From contig OZ059895.1 of NCBI GenBank assembly GCA_964057225.1, forward strand, positions 18,476,001 to 18,540,000: a stretch of 64,000 nucleotides of DNA, written 5' to 3'. Position 1 is the stretch's first letter. Each line of letters starts with the position of its first letter. The DNA is from Auanema rhodensis. Taxonomy: Eukaryota > Animalia > Nematoda. Positions 49,593 through 64,000 of the stretch are shown piece by piece. The position numbers were made by a program, and so were the translations under genes. Under the pieces are notes generated by a model. That model did not search any database. It saw only the letters and a program-made list of their open reading frames with translations, and had not been told where the DNA came from.

Positions 49593-49964
49593 TTACTTGC
49601 TAGAGGTGTACTTAGTGACAGCCTTGGTTCCTTCAGAGACGGCGTGCTTGGCAAGTTCTCCTGGGAGGATAAGTCTGACGGCAGTCTGGACTTCGCGAGA
49701 TGAGATGGTAGATCTCTTGTTGTAGTGAGCCAGACGGGAAGCCTCAGCAGCGATGCGCTCAAAAACGTCATTGACGAATGAGTTCATGATGCTCATAGCC
49801 TTGGAGGAGATTCCGGTGTCAGGGTGGACCTGCTTCAATACACGGTAGACATAGACGGAGTAAGATTCCTTTCTGGACTTTCTCTTCTTCTTGTCTCCGG
49901 TACGGCTGACCTTCTGGGTCTTAGCGGCCTTCTTAGCTCCCTTGGCGGATGGCTTGGGTGGCAT
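49593..49964 (-). CDS. H2B: Histone H2B (copy 4)
   Basis: Protein identical to copy 1. Confidence 0.99.
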   Translation of the reverse strand: MPPKPSAKGAKKAAKTQKVSRTGDKKKRKSRKESYSVYVYRVLKQVHPDTGISSKAMSIMNSFVNDVFERIAAEASRLAHYNKRSTISSREVQTAVRLILPGELAKHAVSEGTKAVTKYTSSK

Positions 49965-50464
49965 AGTTATTGCTTCACTGACGAATCAAGTGGTATCGTA
50001 CAACTCGGTAGCCTGACCTTTATGTTCATTGGCGCGCCAACCACGCCCACATTCCTAACGTCAATGAAAGCTGAACTGTACAAATGGTAATATGTTAACT
50101 AGTTAGCTAAATCTCTCAATATATACATTATATTTATATTTATATGTATAAATATAAATATGAAAAGAAACTGGAAAAATTAAAAATTAAAAACAATACA
50201 ATACTAAGAATATTTAAATTTTCAAAACAACATTAGCAAGCAATGAAAATCTAAACAATCATATCATTTTGAAAAAAAAGAAAGAGCGGTTGTATTCAGC
50301 ATCATTACTTCAACTTCTAATCAACAACAAGCACATAGTACAGATAAGTCATTCATTATTTTATTATTCAATCATATAAATTAATATGTTAACAAAAAAA
50401 AATTTGTATGTTTGTGGCCCTGAAGAGGGCCGTTGGGTTAGGTAGTTGTCACATGTTATACAAC

Positions 50465-50797
<333 letters not shown>

Positions 50798-51350
50798 CTA
50801 TGTGTTGAAGACTGCTCCTAGCATCTCCCTTATATACTAGTGCTGTAGAGGTCACCGCGCAAAAACCCATTGTAATCGGCACCAAGCATATTGGCGCTTA
50901 ATTTTGCCGCTCAATTCTAGAAATGTATATTTAAATTTTATATAAGCGATAAGAAGAATAACATAAACAACTGTTTATTTGCGAACAAAGGTGGAATAGA
51001 AGCATGTAAGGCATTTGATATGATCACTTTTGTTGTTATCAACATGAAAGCATAATTAATGAAATTCATAAAAAAATAATAAAGATGGATATGGAATATC
51101 AAAGACAGGGATTGTCCTTTACATAACACCGAAACACATCATATCAATTAGCATTACATACCAAAAAAAAACAAAAGACAGACATAGTGCTTTTCGCTGA
51201 AACTAAAGTTATTTTTATCAAAAAATTGGTTAATGCTTTATTTTACCAAGAACCTTTGTTTTTATTTATTATATTATAAATCATTATGAATACATCAAAT
51301 TTAAATGTGGCCCTAAAGAGGGCCGTTGGGTTATGTAACGTTTCAAGCGC

Positions 51351-51854
<504 letters not shown>

Positions 51855-52378
51855 TCACTATTTTGGTATTTAGACTATAAATATATTTAATCGGATCATA
51901 GCTACATAAGTAAAGTATTACAGTAATAAGGACAAAAACTTAGTAATTGTAAGTTGAATGGAATGTAATAGTGAATTTGTATTAAAAGATTCACAGTTCC
52001 ATTTAAAAAATAATTGTCTTCACACATTGTATAGTAAAATTTCTGATTAGAATACACTTGACTAATTATAGATATTTCAACATCATTATAGCAAACATCT
52101 TTAAATGAACTAAATGAAACACTTGACAAGCGTTACTAATCTCATAAGAATTACAACAATATTAATAAAGAAGCTCAAAAAAATTAACTATAAGAACAAC
52201 CGATCAACTGCCATCTGTCTTAAAAATGAAATATCGATCAAAATTATTGAGCACCCAAGTTTGTTATAATAATTATATTATTTATATTACATGAAAAACA
52301 ATAATAAATATATGAGAGAAAATTCTGTATTTGTGGCCCTAAAGAGGGCCGTTGGGTTAGATGATAGCAGCACATCAT

Positions 52379-52762
52379 TTATTCCTTTTCTCCGGCAGTC
52401 TTCTTGGGGAGAAGGCTGGCTTGGATGTTTGGAAGAACTCCTCCTTGAGCGATGGTTACACCAGAAAGAAGTTTGTTCAACTCTTCGTCATTTCTGACAG
52501 CAAGTTGAAGATGGCGAGGGTTGATTCTGCTCTTCTTGTTATCACGAGCAGCGTTACCAGCCAATTCGAGAACTTCAGCGGCAAGGTATTCAAGAACAGC
52601 AGCAAGGTAGACTGGAGCTCCGGCACCAACACGCTTAGCGTAGTTACCTTTGCGAAGCATACGGTGAAGACGTCCAACGGGGAATTGAAGTCCAGCTCTT
52701 GATGAGCGAGACTTGGCCTTTCCACCGGTCTTGGCTTTTCCTCCCTTTCCACGTCCAGACAT
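52379..52762 (-). CDS. H2A: Histone H2A (copy 5)
   Basis: Protein identical to copy 1. Confidence 0.99.
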   Translation of the reverse strand: MSGRGKGGKAKTGGKAKSRSSRAGLQFPVGRLHRMLRKGNYAKRVGAGAPVYLAAVLEYLAAEVLELAGNAARDNKKSRINPRHLQLAVRNDEELNKLLSGVTIAQGGVLPNIQASLLPKKTAGEKE

Positions 52763-53280
52763 GATGATAGCTAGGGCAGAGTTGTTTAACTCGTTAGCCC
52801 AAAAGAAATTGCTTGCGAAGCATATAGAGTTTAGCAAGCAGGCTCCGCCCATATGGACCATTGTCCCAATTCTCGCCACAGGTAAAAAATTGTATAGTAA
52901 AGATTACTATATAACCTATATAATATATTTAATTTTGATTAAAAATGGTTACAATAGACTGCTTTTTTTTCAAAGCATTGTCTTTATATAGTCAAGCTGA
53001 TTTAGAGCATACACAATTACAATGTTTTTCCAATAACCATGCCCTGTTTATCTACATATTTAAATATCCTTTTTTAATATATATTTGTATATATTGATAC
53101 ATCTACCATAGTACATCAATAATATATCCTAACCATTACAAGCAGTTCTGCCTGAAATCAAAAAAATAATACATTTATACATATTTATTATGACAATATT
53201 AATTTAATAATTCAACAAAATTAACTATATGTGGCCCTAAAGAGGGCCGTTGGGTTAGGTTGCAGCACAACTCTAACAAT

Positions 53281-53652
53281 TTACTTGCTAGAGGTGTACT
53301 TAGTGACAGCCTTGGTTCCTTCAGAGACGGCGTGCTTGGCAAGTTCTCCTGGGAGGATAAGTCTGACGGCAGTCTGGACTTCGCGAGATGAGATGGTAGA
53401 TCTCTTGTTGTAGTGAGCCAGACGGGAAGCCTCAGCAGCGATGCGCTCAAAAACGTCATTGACGAATGAGTTCATGATGCTCATAGCCTTGGAGGAGATT
53501 CCGGTGTCAGGGTGGACCTGCTTCAATACACGGTAGACATAGACGGAGTAAGATTCCTTTCTGGACTTTCTCTTCTTCTTGTCTCCGGTACGGCTGACCT
53601 TCTGGGTCTTAGCGGCCTTCTTAGCTCCCTTGGCGGATGGCTTGGGTGGCAT
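53281..53652 (-). CDS. H2B: Histone H2B (copy 5)
   Basis: Protein identical to copy 1. Confidence 0.99.
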   Translation of the reverse strand: MPPKPSAKGAKKAAKTQKVSRTGDKKKRKSRKESYSVYVYRVLKQVHPDTGISSKAMSIMNSFVNDVFERIAAEASRLAHYNKRSTISSREVQTAVRLILPGELAKHAVSEGTKAVTKYTSSK

Positions 53653-54152
53653 AGTTATTGCTTCACTGACGAATCAAGTGGTATCGTACAACTCGGTAGC
53701 CTGACCTTTATGTTCATTGGCGCGCCAACCACGCCCACATTCCTAACGTCAATGAAAGCTGAACTGTACAAATGGTAATATGTTAACTAGTTAGCTAAAT
53801 CTCTCAATATATACATTATATTTATATTTATATGTATAAATATAAATATGAAAAGAAACTGGAAAAATTAAAAATTAAAAACAATACAATACTAAGAATA
53901 TTTAAATTTTCAAAACAACATTAGCAAGCAATGAAAATCTAAACAATCATATCATTTTGAAAAAAAAGAAAGAGCGGTTGTATTCAGCATCATTACTTCA
54001 ACTTCTAATCAACAACAAGCACATAGTACAGATAAGTCATTCATTATTTTATTATTCAATCATATAAATTAATATGTTAACAAAAAAAAATTTGTATGTT
54101 TGTGGCCCTGAAGAGGGCCGTTGGGTTAGGTAGTTGTCACATGTTATACAAC

Positions 54153-54485
<333 letters not shown>

Positions 54486-55038
54486 CTATGTGTTGAAGAC
54501 TGCTCCTAGCATCTCCCTTATATACTAGTGCTGTAGAGGTCACCGCGCAAAAACCCATTGTAATCGGCACCAAGCATATTGGCGCTTAATTTTGCCGCTC
54601 AATTCTAGAAATGTATATTTAAATTTTATATAAGCGATAAGAAGAATAACATAAACAACTGTTTATTTGCGAACAAAGGTGGAATAGAAGCATGTAAGGC
54701 ATTTGATATGATCACTTTTGTTGTTATCAACATGAAAGCATAATTAATGAAATTCATAAAAAAATAATAAAGATGGATATGGAATATCAAAGACAGGGAT
54801 TGTCCTTTACATAACACCGAAACACATCATATCAATTAGCATTACATACCAAAAAAAAACAAAAGACAGACATAGTGCTTTTCGCTGAAACTAAAGTTAT
54901 TTTTATCAAAAAATTGGTTAATGCTTTATTTTACCAAGAACCTTTGTTTTTATTTATTATATTATAAATCATTATGAATACATCAAATTTAAATGTGGCC
55001 CTAAAGAGGGCCGTTGGGTTATGTAACGTTTCAAGCGC

Positions 55039-55542
<504 letters not shown>

Positions 55543-56066
55543 TCACTATTTTGGTATTTAGACTATAAATATATTTAATCGGATCATAGCTACATAAGTA
55601 AAGTATTACAGTAATAAGGACAAAAACTTAGTAATTGTAAGTTGAATGGAATGTAATAGTGAATTTGTATTAAAAGATTCACAGTTCCATTTAAAAAATA
55701 ATTGTCTTCACACATTGTATAGTAAAATTTCTGATTAGAATACACTTGACTAATTATAGATATTTCAACATCATTATAGCAAACATCTTTAAATGAACTA
55801 AATGAAACACTTGACAAGCGTTACTAATCTCATAAGAATTACAACAATATTAATAAAGAAGCTCAAAAAAATTAACTATAAGAACAACCGATCAACTGCC
55901 ATCTGTCTTAAAAATGAAATATCGATCAAAATTATTGAGCACCCAAGTTTGTTATAATAATTATATTATTTATATTACATGAAAAACAATAATAAATATA
56001 TGAGAGAAAATTCTGTATTTGTGGCCCTAAAGAGGGCCGTTGGGTTAGATGATAGCAGCACATCAT

Positions 56067-56450
56067 TTATTCCTTTTCTCCGGCAGTCTTCTTGGGGAGA
56101 AGGCTGGCTTGGATGTTTGGAAGAACTCCTCCTTGAGCGATGGTTACACCAGAAAGAAGTTTGTTCAACTCTTCGTCATTTCTGACAGCAAGTTGAAGAT
56201 GGCGAGGGTTGATTCTGCTCTTCTTGTTATCACGAGCAGCGTTACCAGCCAATTCGAGAACTTCAGCGGCAAGGTATTCAAGAACAGCAGCAAGGTAGAC
56301 TGGAGCTCCGGCACCAACACGCTTAGCGTAGTTACCTTTGCGAAGCATACGGTGAAGACGTCCAACGGGGAATTGAAGTCCAGCTCTTGATGAGCGAGAC
56401 TTGGCCTTTCCACCGGTCTTGGCTTTTCCTCCCTTTCCACGTCCAGACAT
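56067..56450 (-). CDS. H2A: Histone H2A (copy 6)
   Basis: Protein identical to copy 1. Confidence 0.99.
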   Translation of the reverse strand: MSGRGKGGKAKTGGKAKSRSSRAGLQFPVGRLHRMLRKGNYAKRVGAGAPVYLAAVLEYLAAEVLELAGNAARDNKKSRINPRHLQLAVRNDEELNKLLSGVTIAQGGVLPNIQASLLPKKTAGEKE

Positions 56451-56968
56451 GATGATAGCTAGGGCAGAGTTGTTTAACTCGTTAGCCCAAAAGAAATTGC
56501 TTGCGAAGCATATAGAGTTTAGCAAGCAGGCTCCGCCCATATGGACCATTGTCCCAATTCTCGCCACAGGTAAAAAATTGTATAGTAAAGATTACTATAT
56601 AACCTATATAATATATTTAATTTTGATTAAAAATGGTTACAATAGACTGCTTTTTTTTCAAAGCATTGTCTTTATATAGTCAAGCTGATTTAGAGCATAC
56701 ACAATTACAATGTTTTTCCAATAACCATGCCCTGTTTATCTACATATTTAAATATCCTTTTTTAATATATATTTGTATATATTGATACATCTACCATAGT
56801 ACATCAATAATATATCCTAACCATTACAAGCAGTTCTGCCTGAAATCAAAAAAATAATACATTTATACATATTTATTATGACAATATTAATTTAATAATT
56901 CAACAAAATTAACTATATGTGGCCCTAAAGAGGGCCGTTGGGTTAGGTTGCAGCACAACTCTAACAAT

Positions 56969-57340
56969 TTACTTGCTAGAGGTGTACTTAGTGACAGCCT
57001 TGGTTCCTTCAGAGACGGCGTGCTTGGCAAGTTCTCCTGGGAGGATAAGTCTGACGGCAGTCTGGACTTCGCGAGATGAGATGGTAGATCTCTTGTTGTA
57101 GTGAGCCAGACGGGAAGCCTCAGCAGCGATGCGCTCAAAAACGTCATTGACGAATGAGTTCATGATGCTCATAGCCTTGGAGGAGATTCCGGTGTCAGGG
57201 TGGACCTGCTTCAATACACGGTAGACATAGACGGAGTAAGATTCCTTTCTGGACTTTCTCTTCTTCTTGTCTCCGGTACGGCTGACCTTCTGGGTCTTAG
57301 CGGCCTTCTTAGCTCCCTTGGCGGATGGCTTGGGTGGCAT
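56969..57340 (-). CDS. H2B: Histone H2B (copy 6)
   Basis: Protein identical to copy 1. Confidence 0.99.
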   Translation of the reverse strand: MPPKPSAKGAKKAAKTQKVSRTGDKKKRKSRKESYSVYVYRVLKQVHPDTGISSKAMSIMNSFVNDVFERIAAEASRLAHYNKRSTISSREVQTAVRLILPGELAKHAVSEGTKAVTKYTSSK

Positions 57341-57840
57341 AGTTATTGCTTCACTGACGAATCAAGTGGTATCGTACAACTCGGTAGCCTGACCTTTATG
57401 TTCATTGGCGCGCCAACCACGCCCACATTCCTAACGTCAATGAAAGCTGAACTGTACAAATGGTAATATGTTAACTAGTTAGCTAAATCTCTCAATATAT
57501 ACATTATATTTATATTTATATGTATAAATATAAATATGAAAAGAAACTGGAAAAATTAAAAATTAAAAACAATACAATACTAAGAATATTTAAATTTTCA
57601 AAACAACATTAGCAAGCAATGAAAATCTAAACAATCATATCATTTTGAAAAAAAAGAAAGAGCGGTTGTATTCAGCATCATTACTTCAACTTCTAATCAA
57701 CAACAAGCACATAGTACAGATAAGTCATTCATTATTTTATTATTCAATCATATAAATTAATATGTTAACAAAAAAAAATTTGTATGTTTGTGGCCCTGAA
57801 GAGGGCCGTTGGGTTAGGTAGTTGTCACATGTTATACAAC

Positions 57841-58173
<333 letters not shown>

Positions 58174-58726
58174 CTATGTGTTGAAGACTGCTCCTAGCAT
58201 CTCCCTTATATACTAGTGCTGTAGAGGTCACCGCGCAAAAACCCATTGTAATCGGCACCAAGCATATTGGCGCTTAATTTTGCCGCTCAATTCTAGAAAT
58301 GTATATTTAAATTTTATATAAGCGATAAGAAGAATAACATAAACAACTGTTTATTTGCGAACAAAGGTGGAATAGAAGCATGTAAGGCATTTGATATGAT
58401 CACTTTTGTTGTTATCAACATGAAAGCATAATTAATGAAATTCATAAAAAAATAATAAAGATGGATATGGAATATCAAAGACAGGGATTGTCCTTTACAT
58501 AACACCGAAACACATCATATCAATTAGCATTACATACCAAAAAAAAACAAAAGACAGACATAGTGCTTTTCGCTGAAACTAAAGTTATTTTTATCAAAAA
58601 ATTGGTTAATGCTTTATTTTACCAAGAACCTTTGTTTTTATTTATTATATTATAAATCATTATGAATACATCAAATTTAAATGTGGCCCTAAAGAGGGCC
58701 GTTGGGTTATGTAACGTTTCAAGCGC

Positions 58727-59230
<504 letters not shown>

Positions 59231-59754
59231 TCACTATTTTGGTATTTAGACTATAAATATATTTAATCGGATCATAGCTACATAAGTAAAGTATTACAGT
59301 AATAAGGACAAAAACTTAGTAATTGTAAGTTGAATGGAATGTAATAGTGAATTTGTATTAAAAGATTCACAGTTCCATTTAAAAAATAATTGTCTTCACA
59401 CATTGTATAGTAAAATTTCTGATTAGAATACACTTGACTAATTATAGATATTTCAACATCATTATAGCAAACATCTTTAAATGAACTAAATGAAACACTT
59501 GACAAGCGTTACTAATCTCATAAGAATTACAACAATATTAATAAAGAAGCTCAAAAAAATTAACTATAAGAACAACCGATCAACTGCCATCTGTCTTAAA
59601 AATGAAATATCGATCAAAATTATTGAGCACCCAAGTTTGTTATAATAATTATATTATTTATATTACATGAAAAACAATAATAAATATATGAGAGAAAATT
59701 CTGTATTTGTGGCCCTAAAGAGGGCCGTTGGGTTAGATGATAGCAGCACATCAT

Positions 59755-60138
59755 TTATTCCTTTTCTCCGGCAGTCTTCTTGGGGAGAAGGCTGGCTTGG
59801 ATGTTTGGAAGAACTCCTCCTTGAGCGATGGTTACACCAGAAAGAAGTTTGTTCAACTCTTCGTCATTTCTGACAGCAAGTTGAAGATGGCGAGGGTTGA
59901 TTCTGCTCTTCTTGTTATCACGAGCAGCGTTACCAGCCAATTCGAGAACTTCAGCGGCAAGGTATTCAAGAACAGCAGCAAGGTAGACTGGAGCTCCGGC
60001 ACCAACACGCTTAGCGTAGTTACCTTTGCGAAGCATACGGTGAAGACGTCCAACGGGGAATTGAAGTCCAGCTCTTGATGAGCGAGACTTGGCCTTTCCA
60101 CCGGTCTTGGCTTTTCCTCCCTTTCCACGTCCAGACAT
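59755..60138 (-). CDS. H2A: Histone H2A (copy 7)
   Basis: Protein identical to copy 1. Confidence 0.99.
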   Translation of the reverse strand: MSGRGKGGKAKTGGKAKSRSSRAGLQFPVGRLHRMLRKGNYAKRVGAGAPVYLAAVLEYLAAEVLELAGNAARDNKKSRINPRHLQLAVRNDEELNKLLSGVTIAQGGVLPNIQASLLPKKTAGEKE

Positions 60139-60656
60139 GATGATAGCTAGGGCAGAGTTGTTTAACTCGTTAGCCCAAAAGAAATTGCTTGCGAAGCATA
60201 TAGAGTTTAGCAAGCAGGCTCCGCCCATATGGACCATTGTCCCAATTCTCGCCACAGGTAAAAAATTGTATAGTAAAGATTACTATATAACCTATATAAT
60301 ATATTTAATTTTGATTAAAAATGGTTACAATAGACTGCTTTTTTTTCAAAGCATTGTCTTTATATAGTCAAGCTGATTTAGAGCATACACAATTACAATG
60401 TTTTTCCAATAACCATGCCCTGTTTATCTACATATTTAAATATCCTTTTTTAATATATATTTGTATATATTGATACATCTACCATAGTACATCAATAATA
60501 TATCCTAACCATTACAAGCAGTTCTGCCTGAAATCAAAAAAATAATACATTTATACATATTTATTATGACAATATTAATTTAATAATTCAACAAAATTAA
60601 CTATATGTGGCCCTAAAGAGGGCCGTTGGGTTAGGTTGCAGCACAACTCTAACAAT

Positions 60657-61028
60657 TTACTTGCTAGAGGTGTACTTAGTGACAGCCTTGGTTCCTTCAG
60701 AGACGGCGTGCTTGGCAAGTTCTCCTGGGAGGATAAGTCTGACGGCAGTCTGGACTTCGCGAGATGAGATGGTAGATCTCTTGTTGTAGTGAGCCAGACG
60801 GGAAGCCTCAGCAGCGATGCGCTCAAAAACGTCATTGACGAATGAGTTCATGATGCTCATAGCCTTGGAGGAGATTCCGGTGTCAGGGTGGACCTGCTTC
60901 AATACACGGTAGACATAGACGGAGTAAGATTCCTTTCTGGACTTTCTCTTCTTCTTGTCTCCGGTACGGCTGACCTTCTGGGTCTTAGCGGCCTTCTTAG
61001 CTCCCTTGGCGGATGGCTTGGGTGGCAT
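60657..61028 (-). CDS. H2B: Histone H2B (copy 7)
   Basis: Protein identical to copy 1. Confidence 0.99.
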   Translation of the reverse strand: MPPKPSAKGAKKAAKTQKVSRTGDKKKRKSRKESYSVYVYRVLKQVHPDTGISSKAMSIMNSFVNDVFERIAAEASRLAHYNKRSTISSREVQTAVRLILPGELAKHAVSEGTKAVTKYTSSK

Positions 61029-61528
61029 AGTTATTGCTTCACTGACGAATCAAGTGGTATCGTACAACTCGGTAGCCTGACCTTTATGTTCATTGGCGCG
61101 CCAACCACGCCCACATTCCTAACGTCAATGAAAGCTGAACTGTACAAATGGTAATATGTTAACTAGTTAGCTAAATCTCTCAATATATACATTATATTTA
61201 TATTTATATGTATAAATATAAATATGAAAAGAAACTGGAAAAATTAAAAATTAAAAACAATACAATACTAAGAATATTTAAATTTTCAAAACAACATTAG
61301 CAAGCAATGAAAATCTAAACAATCATATCATTTTGAAAAAAAAGAAAGAGCGGTTGTATTCAGCATCATTACTTCAACTTCTAATCAACAACAAGCACAT
61401 AGTACAGATAAGTCATTCATTATTTTATTATTCAATCATATAAATTAATATGTTAACAAAAAAAAATTTGTATGTTTGTGGCCCTGAAGAGGGCCGTTGG
61501 GTTAGGTAGTTGTCACATGTTATACAAC

Positions 61529-61861
<333 letters not shown>

Positions 61862-62414
61862 CTATGTGTTGAAGACTGCTCCTAGCATCTCCCTTATATA
61901 CTAGTGCTGTAGAGGTCACCGCGCAAAAACCCATTGTAATCGGCACCAAGCATATTGGCGCTTAATTTTGCCGCTCAATTCTAGAAATGTATATTTAAAT
62001 TTTATATAAGCGATAAGAAGAATAACATAAACAACTGTTTATTTGCGAACAAAGGTGGAATAGAAGCATGTAAGGCATTTGATATGATCACTTTTGTTGT
62101 TATCAACATGAAAGCATAATTAATGAAATTCATAAAAAAATAATAAAGATGGATATGGAATATCAAAGACAGGGATTGTCCTTTACATAACACCGAAACA
62201 CATCATATCAATTAGCATTACATACCAAAAAAAAACAAAAGACAGACATAGTGCTTTTCGCTGAAACTAAAGTTATTTTTATCAAAAAATTGGTTAATGC
62301 TTTATTTTACCAAGAACCTTTGTTTTTATTTATTATATTATAAATCATTATGAATACATCAAATTTAAATGTGGCCCTAAAGAGGGCCGTTGGGTTATGT
62401 AACGTTTCAAGCGC

Positions 62415-62918
<504 letters not shown>

Positions 62919-63442
62919 TCACTATTTTGGTATTTAGACTATAAATATATTTAATCGGATCATAGCTACATAAGTAAAGTATTACAGTAATAAGGACAAA
63001 AACTTAGTAATTGTAAGTTGAATGGAATGTAATAGTGAATTTGTATTAAAAGATTCACAGTTCCATTTAAAAAATAATTGTCTTCACACATTGTATAGTA
63101 AAATTTCTGATTAGAATACACTTGACTAATTATAGATATTTCAACATCATTATAGCAAACATCTTTAAATGAACTAAATGAAACACTTGACAAGCGTTAC
63201 TAATCTCAAAAGAATTACAACAATATTAATAAAGAAGCTCAAAAAAATTAACTATAAGAACAACCGATCAACTGCCATCTGTCTTAAAAATGAAATATCG
63301 ATCAAAATTATTGAGCACCCAAGTTTGTTATAATAATTATATTATTTATATTACATGAAAAACAATAATAAATATATGAGAGAAAATTCTGTATTTGTGG
63401 CCCTAAAGAGGGCCGTTGGGTTAGATGATAGCAGCACATCAT

Positions 63443-63826
63443 TTATTCCTTTTCTCCGGCAGTCTTCTTGGGGAGAAGGCTGGCTTGGATGTTTGGAAGA
63501 ACTCCTCCTTGAGCGATGGTTACACCAGAAAGAAGTTTGTTCAACTCTTCGTCATTTCTGACAGCAAGTTGAAGATGGCGAGGGTTGATTCTGCTCTTCT
63601 TGTTATCACGAGCAGCGTTACCAGCCAATTCGAGAACTTCAGCGGCAAGGTATTCAAGAACAGCAGCAAGGTAGACTGGAGCTCCGGCACCAACACGCTT
63701 AGCGTAGTTACCTTTGCGAAGCATACGGTGAAGACGTCCAACGGGGAATTGAAGTCCAGCTCTTGATGAGCGAGACTTGGCCTTTCCACCGGTCTTGGCT
63801 TTTCCTCCCTTTCCACGTCCAGACAT
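63443..63826 (-). CDS. H2A: Histone H2A (copy 8)
   Basis: Protein identical to copy 1. Confidence 0.99.
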   Translation of the reverse strand: MSGRGKGGKAKTGGKAKSRSSRAGLQFPVGRLHRMLRKGNYAKRVGAGAPVYLAAVLEYLAAEVLELAGNAARDNKKSRINPRHLQLAVRNDEELNKLLSGVTIAQGGVLPNIQASLLPKKTAGEKE

Positions 63827-64000
63827 GATGATAGCTAGGGCAGAGTTGTTTAACTCGTTAGCCCAAAAGAAATTGCTTGCGAAGCATATAGAGTTTAGCA
63901 AGCAGGCTCCGCCCATATGGACCATTGTCCCAATTCTCGCCACAGGTAAAAAATTGTATAGTAAAGATTACTATATAACCTATATAATATATTTAATTTT

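Overview
AT-rich, gene-dense eukaryotic DNA, almost certainly from a rhabditid (clade V-like) nematode. The evidence is ~45-50 nt introns, trans-splice-type acceptors just before ATGs, C. elegans-like proteins, and the nematode histone stem-loop with a C in loop position 1. Bases 1-35.3 kb hold 12 intron-rich housekeeping genes: PDCD6/ALG-2 (+), a supervillin/villin-like gene (-), a probable operon of ROCK/let-502, LST8, RalGAP-alpha, LENG1 and a histidine phosphatase (+), SDF2 (-), eIF3h (+), CYB5R4 (-), Sec8 (+) and eEF1A (+). From 35315 to the end lies a near-perfect tandem array of a 3688-bp unit (about 7.8 copies) carrying H2B-H2A-H3-H4, all on the minus strand, with no H1. The most notable observation is absent from the ORF track: an intact 3' exon of a saposin-like (SPP/caenopore-type) gene at 35128-35292 (-). 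Its intron is cut off by the array only 22 nt upstream of the exon, so the array appears to be nested in, or to have disrupted, this gene. Several unusually long introns and spacers contain hairpin-rich segments that may be unannotated ncRNAs. Exon boundaries and stems were read by eye, and multi-exon CDS coordinates are gene spans.
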